From assembly GCA_035946335.1 (NCBI GenBank), contig DASYZL010000006.1:1772-65771 (forward strand): 64,000 nt of DNA, written 5' to 3'. The position numbers and the translations under genes were made by a program. Numbering within the stretch: the stretch's first letter is position 1; every line of letters begins with the position of its first letter. Positions 28,017 to 36,680 of the stretch are shown piece after piece. The stretch is from Patescibacteria group bacterium. Lineage in GTDB: Bacteria > Patescibacteriota > Microgenomatia > Levybacterales > UBA12049. Under the pieces are notes generated by a model. It did not search any database and was not told the origin of the DNA. It saw only the letters and a list, made by a program, of their open reading frames with translations.

Positions 28017-28027
28017 ACGACTCGGCA
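27957..28027 (-). tRNA. tRNA-Gln (anticodon CTG)
   Basis: Reverse complement reads TGCCGAG-TC-GTCTAATGGTAGGAC-A-ACAGAATCTGGATCTGT-TTAT-TGGGGTTCGAATCCCTG-CTCGGCA. It has a 7-bp acceptor stem, anticodon loop AUCUGGA (CUG) and a GGTTCGAATCC T-loop. CCA is not encoded. Confidence 0.7.
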
Positions 28028-28066
28028 ATAGAGTAGGCATATTGTACTAAAAAAGGCACTACATTG

Positions 28067-28432
28067 CTATTTGAGCAATTTCAATATATGAGGAATAAAA
28101 ATGAGCATGCCAACAATAATTGATCCGAGAGCAGTAACCAATACCATACCTGCAGCAACGTCTTTTGCAATCTTTGCCTCCCTCCGATGCTCTTGCGTAA
28201 TAAGATCAACCATCTCTTCAATAGCAGTGTTAATCATTTCAGAAGCGATTACCAGCAGAATAATTACTCCTAAAATACCCATCTCAAATCCATTAATGCG
28301 AAAAAGAATACTGGCAAATATAATAACAATTGCAATAGCAACATGAATCCATAAATTCTGATTATTTCGAAAGGCATACTTTACTCCTGCAAATGCGTAG
28401 CCAAATGAGTCAATTAATTTTCTGTGATGCAT
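28067..28432 (-). CDS. dgkA: Diacylglycerol kinase / undecaprenol kinase (DgkA family)
   Basis: 121 aa, 3 TM. Conserved ...ASEMINTAIE... region typical of DgkA. Confidence 0.8.
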   Translation of the reverse strand: MHHRKLIDSFGYAFAGVKYAFRNNQNLWIHVAIAIVIIFASILFRINGFEMGILGVIILLVIASEMINTAIEEMVDLITQEHRREAKIAKDVAAGMVLVTALGSIIVGMLIFIPHILKLLK

Positions 28433-28441
28433 AAGAATATA

Positions 28442-29032
28442 TTATAGTATGATTTTTGCCATAACAAAAGTAAGAAGCGTGATACAACAGCCAATTACCG
28501 CACCGCTGACAACTTCTTGTATTGTATGTTTTCTCAGAAACAACCGTGACCAACTGACTACAAAAGGAATCCAACAAATTACCGCAAACGCAAGTGGCCC
28601 ATATAAAATACCGTATGTTACCACAAAAGCAGTAGACACAGCAGCGTGTGTACTTGCTTTCATGAATTTGTTTGCAAAATCGAAAATAATGAGTGAAAGA
28701 ATGATTCCCAACGCAACAATTGAAAGAGGAAAGAAAATACCTTTAAAAAAAACCGCAATACCAAAATATACAATAGAGAAAAATAGCATAATTGTATAAA
28801 ATAGTGGTCGCTTTTCTTGCTGTGAGATACCAAAATCACTTAAATATTCATTCGGTTTGATAAGGAAAAATACTCCTAACGAAGAGAAAATGAAAACAAT
28901 TGAAAAAATTGTCCATCGCAACCCCATTGATATATTTGTTGTCGCGTGATAGGTGATAATAAAAGGAATCAGTATCGCAAAAACAAGGGGATGGAAAACA
29001 AATGAAATAAATTGAGCAGTTTTTTCTTTCAT
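28442..29032 (-). CDS. PAP2-superfamily membrane phosphatase (tentative)
   Basis: Multi-TM protein with PAP2-like motifs (STHAAVS resembling PSGH; SRLFLRKHTIQE resembling SR.....H...D). Confidence 0.4.
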   Translation of the reverse strand: MKEKTAQFISFVFHPLVFAILIPFIITYHATTNISMGLRWTIFSIVFIFSSLGVFFLIKPNEYLSDFGISQQEKRPLFYTIMLFFSIVYFGIAVFFKGIFFPLSIVALGIILSLIIFDFANKFMKASTHAAVSTAFVVTYGILYGPLAFAVICWIPFVVSWSRLFLRKHTIQEVVSGAVIGCCITLLTFVMAKIIL

Positions 29033-29036
29033 TTTA

Positions 29037-30422
29037 CTAAGTTAATCTTTTCAGTATTTCTTCTTTAGGTATACTTTCAAGATATTCAGGAAGTGGTAAA
29101 CCTACATCCCTTCCTGTTAGTAATCGGTAAACGGTATTCATTTTTATTCCATGCTTTTTTAAAATGCCACGCAAGGCTTCTAAAATATCCTCACTTTTCC
29201 AGGCTGATAACTTTTCGAAAGTTTGTTTTATATCTTTTACGATCAACGTATCGCTATCCGTAAAAGCAATAGGAATAGAAACAACCAATTCTCTAAATTC
29301 CTTGAGCGTTTTCATTCTTGTCTGTGCAAGTAAAACAAGCGCTTCACCATTTTGACTTTGTAAAATTGTCAGAACTTCTTTATCATCTTTATAGAATACT
29401 TCTAGTTTTTTCATTAGCTGTTTTATTTGCACATGCTGAATATAGTATCCGTTCATCCAAGTGAGTTTCTGTCTATCAAACGAAACGAGGTCAGTTTTAT
29501 GAATTTTCTTAACATCGAAGTCCCTGACAAACTCTTCAGTTGTATATATTTCTTTGTCTGTTCCGGGATTCCATCCCAACAGCATAAGGAAATTGACTGT
29601 TGCTTCCGGCAAGTACCCTTCGTCCAAAAACTCTCTCGCTGCAACCGGCCCAAACCGTTTGGAAAGTTTTTTCGTTTCTCCCTTTTCCTTCAAATTCGGC
29701 AAATGAATATATACCGGTAATTCCCAGCCAAATGCATTATAGAGAATAACATGTTTTGGCGTCGATGGAATCCAATCATTTCCCCGCATAACGTGGGTTA
29801 TTTCCATCAAGTGGTCATCAACGACAACGCCCAAATGGTATGTTGGAAAACCATCTGATTTCAGAAGCACTTGATCATCAATATCGTTAGAGCTTACTTG
29901 TACATCACCAAAAACCTCATCATGAAAACTGATTGTTTTATCAGGGATAACATTCAGACGAATCACATATGGTATATTTTCCTGCAGCTTTTTTTCTACC
30001 GCTTCGGGAGTCAACATTAGGCAGTGTTTATCATATTTTGTTGCGGTGATTCCTTTCGCTCTCTGCTCATCTCGCATCTTCTCAAGTCTTTCAACGGTAC
30101 AAAAACAATAGTATGCTGCTTTTTTTGCAACTAACTCCAGTGCATATTTTTTATATATTTCCAGCCGTTCTGATTGCATATACGGTCCATATGCTCCTCC
30201 AACCCTCGGCCCTTCGTCCCAAGTAAACCCATAGTCGATAATAATATCGAGGATTTTATCCATTGCGCCTTCAATGTATCGCACTCTGTCAGTATCCTCA
30301 ATGCGGATAATAAATTTTCCCTCATGTTTTTTCGCAAATGCCCAATTATATAAGACTGTACGGATATGTCCAATGTGATATTCGCCTGTGGGACTGGGAG
30401 CCATTCTTGTGCGAACTGTCAT
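29037..30422 (-). CDS. gltX: Glutamyl-tRNA synthetase
   Basis: Class I HIGH motif (PSPTGEYHIGHIRT) and KMSKS-type KKLSKR. Size and layout match GluRS. Confidence 0.9.
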   Translation of the reverse strand: MTVRTRMAPSPTGEYHIGHIRTVLYNWAFAKKHEGKFIIRIEDTDRVRYIEGAMDKILDIIIDYGFTWDEGPRVGGAYGPYMQSERLEIYKKYALELVAKKAAYYCFCTVERLEKMRDEQRAKGITATKYDKHCLMLTPEAVEKKLQENIPYVIRLNVIPDKTISFHDEVFGDVQVSSNDIDDQVLLKSDGFPTYHLGVVVDDHLMEITHVMRGNDWIPSTPKHVILYNAFGWELPVYIHLPNLKEKGETKKLSKRFGPVAAREFLDEGYLPEATVNFLMLLGWNPGTDKEIYTTEEFVRDFDVKKIHKTDLVSFDRQKLTWMNGYYIQHVQIKQLMKKLEVFYKDDKEVLTILQSQNGEALVLLAQTRMKTLKEFRELVVSIPIAFTDSDTLIVKDIKQTFEKLSAWKSEDILEALRGILKKHGIKMNTVYRLLTGRDVGLPLPEYLESIPKEEILKRLT

Positions 30423-30489
30423 ACGATTTTACTGCAATGCTTGCTTTCTCACCTTGCATTGTAGCGAAAAATGCTTCTATACTCAAGGT

Positions 30490-31542
30490 ATGGCAACATT
30501 AACGCAGGTCGCTTCGTCGACCCGAAAAATCCTTACTATTTCTATCCTGCTACTTATCGGATTTGCTGTGGTACTATTTCTCTTCAATGTTGCTATTAAT
30601 GTTAAAAATTCTCTCTATCCTACACCACCCACACCACCAACAGTTACGTATGGTAAATTGCCCGCAATTCTTTTTCCTCAAAGTATAAATGTACAAAAAC
30701 TTTCTTATACGCTCAATACCCTCACCGGCAATTTACCCTCACTTCCTGACCGCGTCGCGGTTAATCAAATTGCACAACCGCAAGCAACGCTATTAGATTT
30801 ACAAAATACGCAAAATCTTGTCACACAAATCGGCTATGTACTATCATCTCAAAGACAATTGAACGAAACACTCTACCAATGGACAAACACCGATGATCTT
30901 CCTAAAACAATTACCATGGATACGACAACAAAAGATTTCACCATTAATTCAAGTTATCCTACTGATCTGAATGTAGCAAACGCATATAACCTCCCGGGGA
31001 AATCAGGAGCAATTACCGTGTCTCAAACATTCCTGGAAAATTTCCTGGGAAACCTTCCTTCGGATATTGATAACAGCAAAACAACTGCATCATTTTTTAC
31101 GATAAATAACAGCGGGCTTGTACCGGCAACAAGTTTTTCCGGCACGAAGATTGTACGTGTTGATTTTTTTCAAAAAAACATGAATAGCCTCCCTATTTTT
31201 TATCCCTATGCTGGTGAGTCGCTGATGAATATATTAATAGGAGGTGGCAGCAGCTTGGCCCAAATAGTAAACGCACAGTTTGTCCATAAAACAATTCTTT
31301 CTGACAACGCAACGTATCCAATAAAAACCTCACAAGTTGCTTACCAGGATTTGCAAAACGGCAATGCATATATTGCATCTCTTGATTTCGGAGTAACATC
31401 AGTAACTATCCGCAATGTCCTCCTAGGCTATTACATAGGTGATTTTAACGAACAATATCTAATGCCAATTATAGTATTTGAAGGAGACAACAATTTTGTT
31501 GCTTATGTTTCTGCGATTACGGATGGATGGATAAGTAAGTGA
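30490..31542 (+). CDS. Hypothetical membrane-anchored secreted protein
   Basis: Start set at Met MATLTQ... (30490) to avoid overlapping gltX. Single N-terminal TM then a ~300-aa extracellular domain with no recognised motifs. Confidence 0.4.
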   Translation: MATLTQVASSTRKILTISILLLIGFAVVLFLFNVAINVKNSLYPTPPTPPTVTYGKLPAILFPQSINVQKLSYTLNTLTGNLPSLPDRVAVNQIAQPQATLLDLQNTQNLVTQIGYVLSSQRQLNETLYQWTNTDDLPKTITMDTTTKDFTINSSYPTDLNVANAYNLPGKSGAITVSQTFLENFLGNLPSDIDNSKTTASFFTINNSGLVPATSFSGTKIVRVDFFQKNMNSLPIFYPYAGESLMNILIGGGSSLAQIVNAQFVHKTILSDNATYPIKTSQVAYQDLQNGNAYIASLDFGVTSVTIRNVLLGYYIGDFNEQYLMPIIVFEGDNNFVAYVSAITDGWISK

Positions 31543-32638
31543 CATTGTCGGTAATAAGTAATAATAATTTTTCTGTATCGGAAAATCTGTCGTTGCTCTT
31601 CATAATGACCAGAATGTATTGATGGGTATGTTGAACAGCAGATGTAACCAATACCTCACCTGCTTCATCTGTTGTACCGGTTTTTACCCCATTCACTCCC
31701 TCATACCCAAGTAATTGATTCAGATTTTTAATCGGATAAACATCTCCCTGAAGAGAAAAAATAGTCTTTATTTTTGTGTCAACAATGCGGGAAAGCAACG
31801 TATTTTGCATAACATGTGATGCAATGATTGCTAGATCATGAGGTGACGTATAATCACCATCATCTTCCAGTCCTGCCGGATCAATAAAATGAGTATCAAA
31901 TAAGCCAAACAACGTAACATTTTCGTCCATTTTTTTCACAAATGCATCAATCCCTCCGGGATAATTGTCAGCTATTGCATCAGCTGCATCATTGGCTGAA
32001 GGCAAAAACATAGCATAGAGTAAATCAATAAAATGGAACTGTTCCCCTTTGTAGAAATGCAACCCTGATCCTTCAACATAATTCCGTTGCACGGTTAATA
32101 TAGCTTGCGGCTTAAAATAAGCGAGCGCTGTTAATGCAGTCATCATTTTTGTAGTTGAGGCAGGCGAAAAACGAACTGACGCATTTTTTGTAAAAATCGG
32201 TACCCCTGAAGTTATGTCCAATACATATGCACCATTTGCAGAAACCTGCGGAATAAATGCATTACTTACTACCGGATACGAGGCGAAGTTGAAAGCTGGA
32301 AAGGGATCTGGAAGAGGAGTATTGACTTGTGCTTGCTGCTGGAGTATTTTCGTTACAAGAAAAAGCAATATCGCAAGACTAACGCAAAAAAAACAAAAAA
32401 TTTTCCCAACAACATGCGTACTACTAATGTACCCTTTTCTTATGTGAATAAAACGAGAATCTTTGCTGACACTTTGGGCAGATGGAGTATCATTTTTTAC
32501 CTGTTTCTTTTTTTCGTTTTGCTCTTGGTGTTTTACCGTTTCTTTTTGTATGACTGTCTTTTGCTTATTATGTGTCTTTTTGTTGAGCGGCTTGTTTTTT
32601 CTGGTGAATTGCATGTTTTTATTGTAGAAGATATGCAA
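31517..32638 (-). CDS. D-alanyl-D-alanine carboxypeptidase (peptidase S11, PBP5/6-like)
   Basis: SxxK (SPASTTKMMTA), SxN (LPSANDAA) and KTG (VKTGTT) motifs. Lys-rich N-terminal extension plus a TM anchor. Confidence 0.85.
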   Translation of the reverse strand: MHIFYNKNMQFTRKNKPLNKKTHNKQKTVIQKETVKHQEQNEKKKQVKNDTPSAQSVSKDSRFIHIRKGYISSTHVVGKIFCFFCVSLAILLFLVTKILQQQAQVNTPLPDPFPAFNFASYPVVSNAFIPQVSANGAYVLDITSGVPIFTKNASVRFSPASTTKMMTALTALAYFKPQAILTVQRNYVEGSGLHFYKGEQFHFIDLLYAMFLPSANDAADAIADNYPGGIDAFVKKMDENVTLFGLFDTHFIDPAGLEDDGDYTSPHDLAIIASHVMQNTLLSRIVDTKIKTIFSLQGDVYPIKNLNQLLGYEGVNGVKTGTTDEAGEVLVTSAVQHTHQYILVIMKSNDRFSDTEKLLLLITDNVTYLSIHP

Positions 32639-32660
32639 GGCATTGTCATGAATTGATTTA

Positions 32661-34016
32661 TTATTTCTCGATTACTGCAAACCGTTCATCAATTCGCTCC
32701 ATATCGCGGGGGAACATACTTGCTTCCCGGATATTAGAAAGGCCTAAAATTTGCATAGTAATCCGTTCAGCACCAAAAGCAAATCCCCCTTCAGGCGGTG
32801 CGCCATATTTAAATGCTTCCAGAAACATCTCGATATTTTTCTCATGCAATCCCCATTCCTTCACATGCCGCATCAGTTGTTCGTAATCGTTAATGCGTCT
32901 TCCCCCAGATAACCATTCAACCCCCCGACAAAGTAAATCCATTCCTTCATTGAATGCGGGATTTTCCTTTGAAGGGTATACATAAAATTTATGTTGCTTT
33001 GACGGATAACCATAAATAAAAACCAGATCTGATCCCGTTTCTTTTTTGATGATTGCGCAAATTTCCCGCTCATCTTCCGGATTTAAATCTTTTTCTTTTC
33101 TGTTATCTCTTCCTGAATGTTCAAAGATTTTTTGCTGTGCTTCCCGCAGGGTCAATGCCGGTGTTTTGTCTATCACTGAGGGTAACGTTGCCTGAAAAAG
33201 TAACAACTCTTTTTTACATTCTTTTTCTAATCTTTGAAAGATGTGACGGATTACACCCTCTGCCAGTTCTTTTACATCAATCCATGACTCAATAAATCCC
33301 ATTTCAGCATCAAGCGACACAACCTCTGTTAAGTGACGGGTTGTCATACTTGGTTCTGCGCGGAATATTTTATTAACGGAGAAAACGCGCTCAAATGCTG
33401 TCATAACTATTTGTTTATATAGCTGCGGACTTTGTGTCAAAAATGCATCATGTCCGAAATAGTCAATATGGAATACCTCTGCACCTCCTTCTGCGACAAC
33501 CGGCGCAATGGAAGGAGCCTGAAATTCAAAAAAATCCTGAGATTTGAGATACTCACGAAATGCATCAATAACAACTGCCTGCACTTTAAATATTGCCTGC
33601 ACCTTTGGGTGACGTAACGTAAGGCCACGATGATCTAAAAGTGTTGGCAATTCGAGATTAAGTGACTCATTTTCTATGTCAAACGGAAGCGGTGCTGCCT
33701 TCGCAAGAATGGTCAGCTTTGTTGCCTCCAGTTCTATCGTACCAGAGATAATTTTTGGATTTACTAGTTTTTCCGGACGTTTCTTCACTGTCCCCTCAAT
33801 GACAACCACAAATTCGCTTCGTAACTCCTGTGCTGTGTCATATGCTTCCTGAGAAACCTGCGGGTTAAAGATAACTTGTAGTAAGCCTGACCTGTCACGA
33901 AGATCAATAAAAATGAGTTTTCCATGGTTACGTCTCACGTGCACCCATCCTTTAATAAGAACAACTTCTCCTGTTTTTTGCGAAGTTTCCCTGACTAATG
34001 TTCGTTGCATAACCAT
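32661..34016 (-). CDS. aspS: Aspartyl-tRNA synthetase, class IIb archaeal/eukaryotic type (possibly non-discriminating; AsnRS not excluded)
   Basis: N-terminal OB-fold anticodon-binding (VLIKGWVHVRRNHGKLIFIDLRD), QSPQLYKQ loop, motif 2 FRAE, motif 3 GGFAFGAERI. Start placed at MVMQRT (34016); the ORF extends to 34175. Confidence 0.75.
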   Translation of the reverse strand: MVMQRTLVRETSQKTGEVVLIKGWVHVRRNHGKLIFIDLRDRSGLLQVIFNPQVSQEAYDTAQELRSEFVVVIEGTVKKRPEKLVNPKIISGTIELEATKLTILAKAAPLPFDIENESLNLELPTLLDHRGLTLRHPKVQAIFKVQAVVIDAFREYLKSQDFFEFQAPSIAPVVAEGGAEVFHIDYFGHDAFLTQSPQLYKQIVMTAFERVFSVNKIFRAEPSMTTRHLTEVVSLDAEMGFIESWIDVKELAEGVIRHIFQRLEKECKKELLLFQATLPSVIDKTPALTLREAQQKIFEHSGRDNRKEKDLNPEDEREICAIIKKETGSDLVFIYGYPSKQHKFYVYPSKENPAFNEGMDLLCRGVEWLSGGRRINDYEQLMRHVKEWGLHEKNIEMFLEAFKYGAPPEGGFAFGAERITMQILGLSNIREASMFPRDMERIDERFAVIEK

Positions 34017-34217
34017 CGTATTGTACCTTGTATCAAAATACTTGACAAGTGTATAAGGATTTTGTAAGATAATCTCTGTCAATATGAAATTTACTTGGTG
34101 CACATCTAACGGACGATACGTCTCTCTTATTATGTAAGAGGGAGATTTTGCGTTAAGCACTAGCAAATTGCACAATCTCCCTAAGAAATGAGGGAGATTT
34201 TTTTATGAGAAACGGAG

Positions 34218-34538
34218 GTGAACAATATGGAAAAAGATTTGACACAAGTTGCAAGACTTGAAGTTGATGCTATAAACATGAGCAGAAAGCCTTTATATTT
34301 AAGAGCGGAAGAATTATTCTATAATACCACAGGATTACCCTTGGTTAGGCCGCCTGGGTTGGATGTTGATAATATGACATATCCTGCGACTGATACTGGA
34401 GTACCGACGAAAACGATGTATATCGGTGAAGTTCCACACGTAAGACCAGATGGAATACTACTGCTGCCTAAAGCAAAATATCGGGAACCAGTACCAGATA
34501 GACGCACTGCGCAAACTTTGAAACATGTTGTTGGATAA
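34218..34538 (+). CDS. Hypothetical protein
   Basis: 106-aa ORF. No motif recognised. Confidence 0.3.
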   Translation: MNNMEKDLTQVARLEVDAINMSRKPLYLRAEELFYNTTGLPLVRPPGLDVDNMTYPATDTGVPTKTMYIGEVPHVRPDGILLLPKAKYREPVPDRRTAQTLKHVVG

Positions 34539-34574
34539 GTCTTTTATTCAATCATAGGGAGAAAATTTTTCTCC

Positions 34575-36227
34575 CTATGATTTATTTTGAACTTTTATAT
34601 CCTTAACCCTCAACTGTAAGCTCTTTTTTCCATTCCACTTGTTTTCATTAATTGTGTATGCGATTGATATCATGTCTCCCTTTTTTATTGCTTCACCAAT
34701 TTCTCCCATCCCAAACGCAATTGCATCAATTGCATAAGGTAACTTATGCTGACTCACCTTTAATTTCAAATGTTTTTTTCCGTTTCCAATGAGTATACTA
34801 TCTTTTACGACAACGTCACTGACAAATACTGGCTCTTTATTTCCCATGCCAAATGGCGCAAGCTGGTGTATTTCGTCAAACAACTCCTGTGAAACGAGTT
34901 GGAGGGGAATAACACAGTCAATAACAAGTTCCCGGTCTAGTTGCCCATCAGTCAGCTGCCCATCAGCAAGTATTTCGTAATGTTGTTGAAGAGTAACAAG
35001 ATTTTCCGTTGCAACGGTAAATCCTGCTGCCATCGGATGCCCTCCGGCATTAATCAGTAAATGTTCTGCTGTTCTGATAAATTCGATAATATTAAATCCC
35101 GCAACTGACCGTGCAGACCCCTTGCTGATTTTCAACCCTTTTGCAACAATGATTGTGGGACGGTAAAATGCTTCAACCATTTTTCCCGCAACAAGTCCGA
35201 TAATCCCTTCATCATAGCTTTCGTCAGATAGAAAAAGCAGTTTTTTCTTCTCAGTCATTTGAAATACACTATTTCTTGCCCCGTCGCTAGTTACTTGTGT
35301 CAAAAGTTGACGCTCTCTATTTGTGGTGTCCAGTTTTAATGCTAATGCTTTCGCGCGTTGTGCATTTCTCGTGCACAATAACCGCAAGCTGTCCATTGCT
35401 GAAGCTATCCGACCCATTGCATTCAGCCTAGGAGCAATAACATGACCGATTTCATAGACACCAATGTTTTCCGTTTTGATTTGTGCTTCCTGAAAAAGTG
35501 CAAGCAAACCAGGTCGCTTTGTTTTTTGTAATTCCTGTAAACCATAGGTCAGCAAAATTCTATTTGTACCGGTTAGCGGTACCAAATCTGCAACAGTTGC
35601 AAGTGCAATAAGAGAAAGGTGATCATTTGGTTTATCATCCTGCACTTTCTTCAGAATTTCCTTGCATACTATCCATGCCACTCCTGCTCCGCATAACTTT
35701 GTTGTGTGAAGAATTGCATATGCTTGCGGCACTTTTTCAGAGGGTAAATGGTGATCAGTAATGATAATATCTATATTTTTTTCGTTCGCAAAGTTGACTG
35801 CTTCATGCGCAACAATGCCATTGTCAACGGTAATAATACATGTTGCTTTAGGATAAGTTTTCAATAGATTTTCAATACCCTTTACCGACAATCCATATCC
35901 TTCATCAGTTCTATTGGGAATATATGGGTGAACCTGATAGCCTAATCCATGTAACGTTTCCCATACAATTGCGGTTGCGGTAACTCCGTCAACATCGTAA
36001 TCACCATAAATAATAATAGTTTCATTTCTCTCCTTTGCACTATCGAGTCGTTTTAACAAGCTTATAAGTTGTTTATTATCAATACCAACTGATTCAAGTG
36101 TTACCTCTGCAAGGTTTGGGTGAAGAAATGCATCAATTGCTTGTTGGGTAATCCCTCTATTTGCTAAAAGTGTATGAAAAATATTTTTTCTATCTTCCAG
36201 CTCATGCAGTATCCTCCATTTCTTCAT
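34575..36227 (-). CDS. recJ: Single-stranded-DNA-specific exonuclease RecJ
   Basis: DHH motifs (IIIYGDYDVDGVTA; ITDHH) and DHHA1 (GGHPMAAG). 550 aa. Confidence 0.85.
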   Translation of the reverse strand: MKKWRILHELEDRKNIFHTLLANRGITQQAIDAFLHPNLAEVTLESVGIDNKQLISLLKRLDSAKERNETIIIYGDYDVDGVTATAIVWETLHGLGYQVHPYIPNRTDEGYGLSVKGIENLLKTYPKATCIITVDNGIVAHEAVNFANEKNIDIIITDHHLPSEKVPQAYAILHTTKLCGAGVAWIVCKEILKKVQDDKPNDHLSLIALATVADLVPLTGTNRILLTYGLQELQKTKRPGLLALFQEAQIKTENIGVYEIGHVIAPRLNAMGRIASAMDSLRLLCTRNAQRAKALALKLDTTNRERQLLTQVTSDGARNSVFQMTEKKKLLFLSDESYDEGIIGLVAGKMVEAFYRPTIIVAKGLKISKGSARSVAGFNIIEFIRTAEHLLINAGGHPMAAGFTVATENLVTLQQHYEILADGQLTDGQLDRELVIDCVIPLQLVSQELFDEIHQLAPFGMGNKEPVFVSDVVVKDSILIGNGKKHLKLKVSQHKLPYAIDAIAFGMGEIGEAIKKGDMISIAYTINENKWNGKKSLQLRVKDIKVQNKS

Positions 36228-36248
36228 GTTATAATTCTAGCAGAGATT

Positions 36249-36680
36249 ATGAAAAAAGGAATTGACTATGTTGGTGTCGGTATTGGAGCAGTCATCGTTA
36301 GGGATGGGAAAATTTTTCTCTCAAAACGTGGAAAAAAAGCAAAAAATGAGGTTGGAAAATGGGAGTGTCCCGGGGGAGGATTGGAATTCGGAGAACAGTT
36401 TGAGGATTGTATTAAGCGGGAAATCAAGGAAGAATTTGACTGCGAGATTCAACCACTTGAAATGGTAGAACCGGTTAACCATCTTATTCCCGAAGAAAAT
36501 CAGCACTGGGTAGCACTTGCATATATTTGCAAATTGACAAATGGAGAACCGAAGATCGCAGAACCCGAAAAGTCAGAGGCAATAGGCTGGTTTACTATAA
36601 GTGAAATGGAAACTATGTCACTCACTTTGGCAACGAAAGAAAGACTGAGGCAAATGAAAGAAAGGATAAAACACGTATGA
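36249..36680 (+). CDS. NUDIX hydrolase
   Basis: Nudix box GGGLEFGEQFEDCIKREIKEEF. Start set at Met MKKGIDYVG (36249), just past the divergent recJ start. Confidence 0.75.
   Translation: MKKGIDYVGVGIGAVIVRDGKIFLSKRGKKAKNEVGKWECPGGGLEFGEQFEDCIKREIKEEFDCEIQPLEMVEPVNHLIPEENQHWVALAYICKLTNGEPKIAEPEKSEAIGWFTISEMETMSLTLATKERLRQMKERIKHV

Larger units (their letters stand above)
21027..28027. mobile_element. Putative integrated element / defence island adjacent to tRNA-Gln (OLD-nuclease operon, XRE regulator, large serine recombinase)
   Basis: Strong AT enrichment (especially 21.4-23.5 kb). Phage-like XRE/zinc-ribbon divergent pair. The serine recombinase gene's 3' end overlaps the tRNA 3' end. Boundaries are uncertain; no flanking direct repeats of the tRNA were found by eye. 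Confidence 0.4.

Noticed and set aside
27990-28066. Partial palindrome TTGCTATTTGAGCAA near 28060 considered as terminator or att site
   Set aside because: It is an imperfect, short stem without a T-tract, so it is insufficient.
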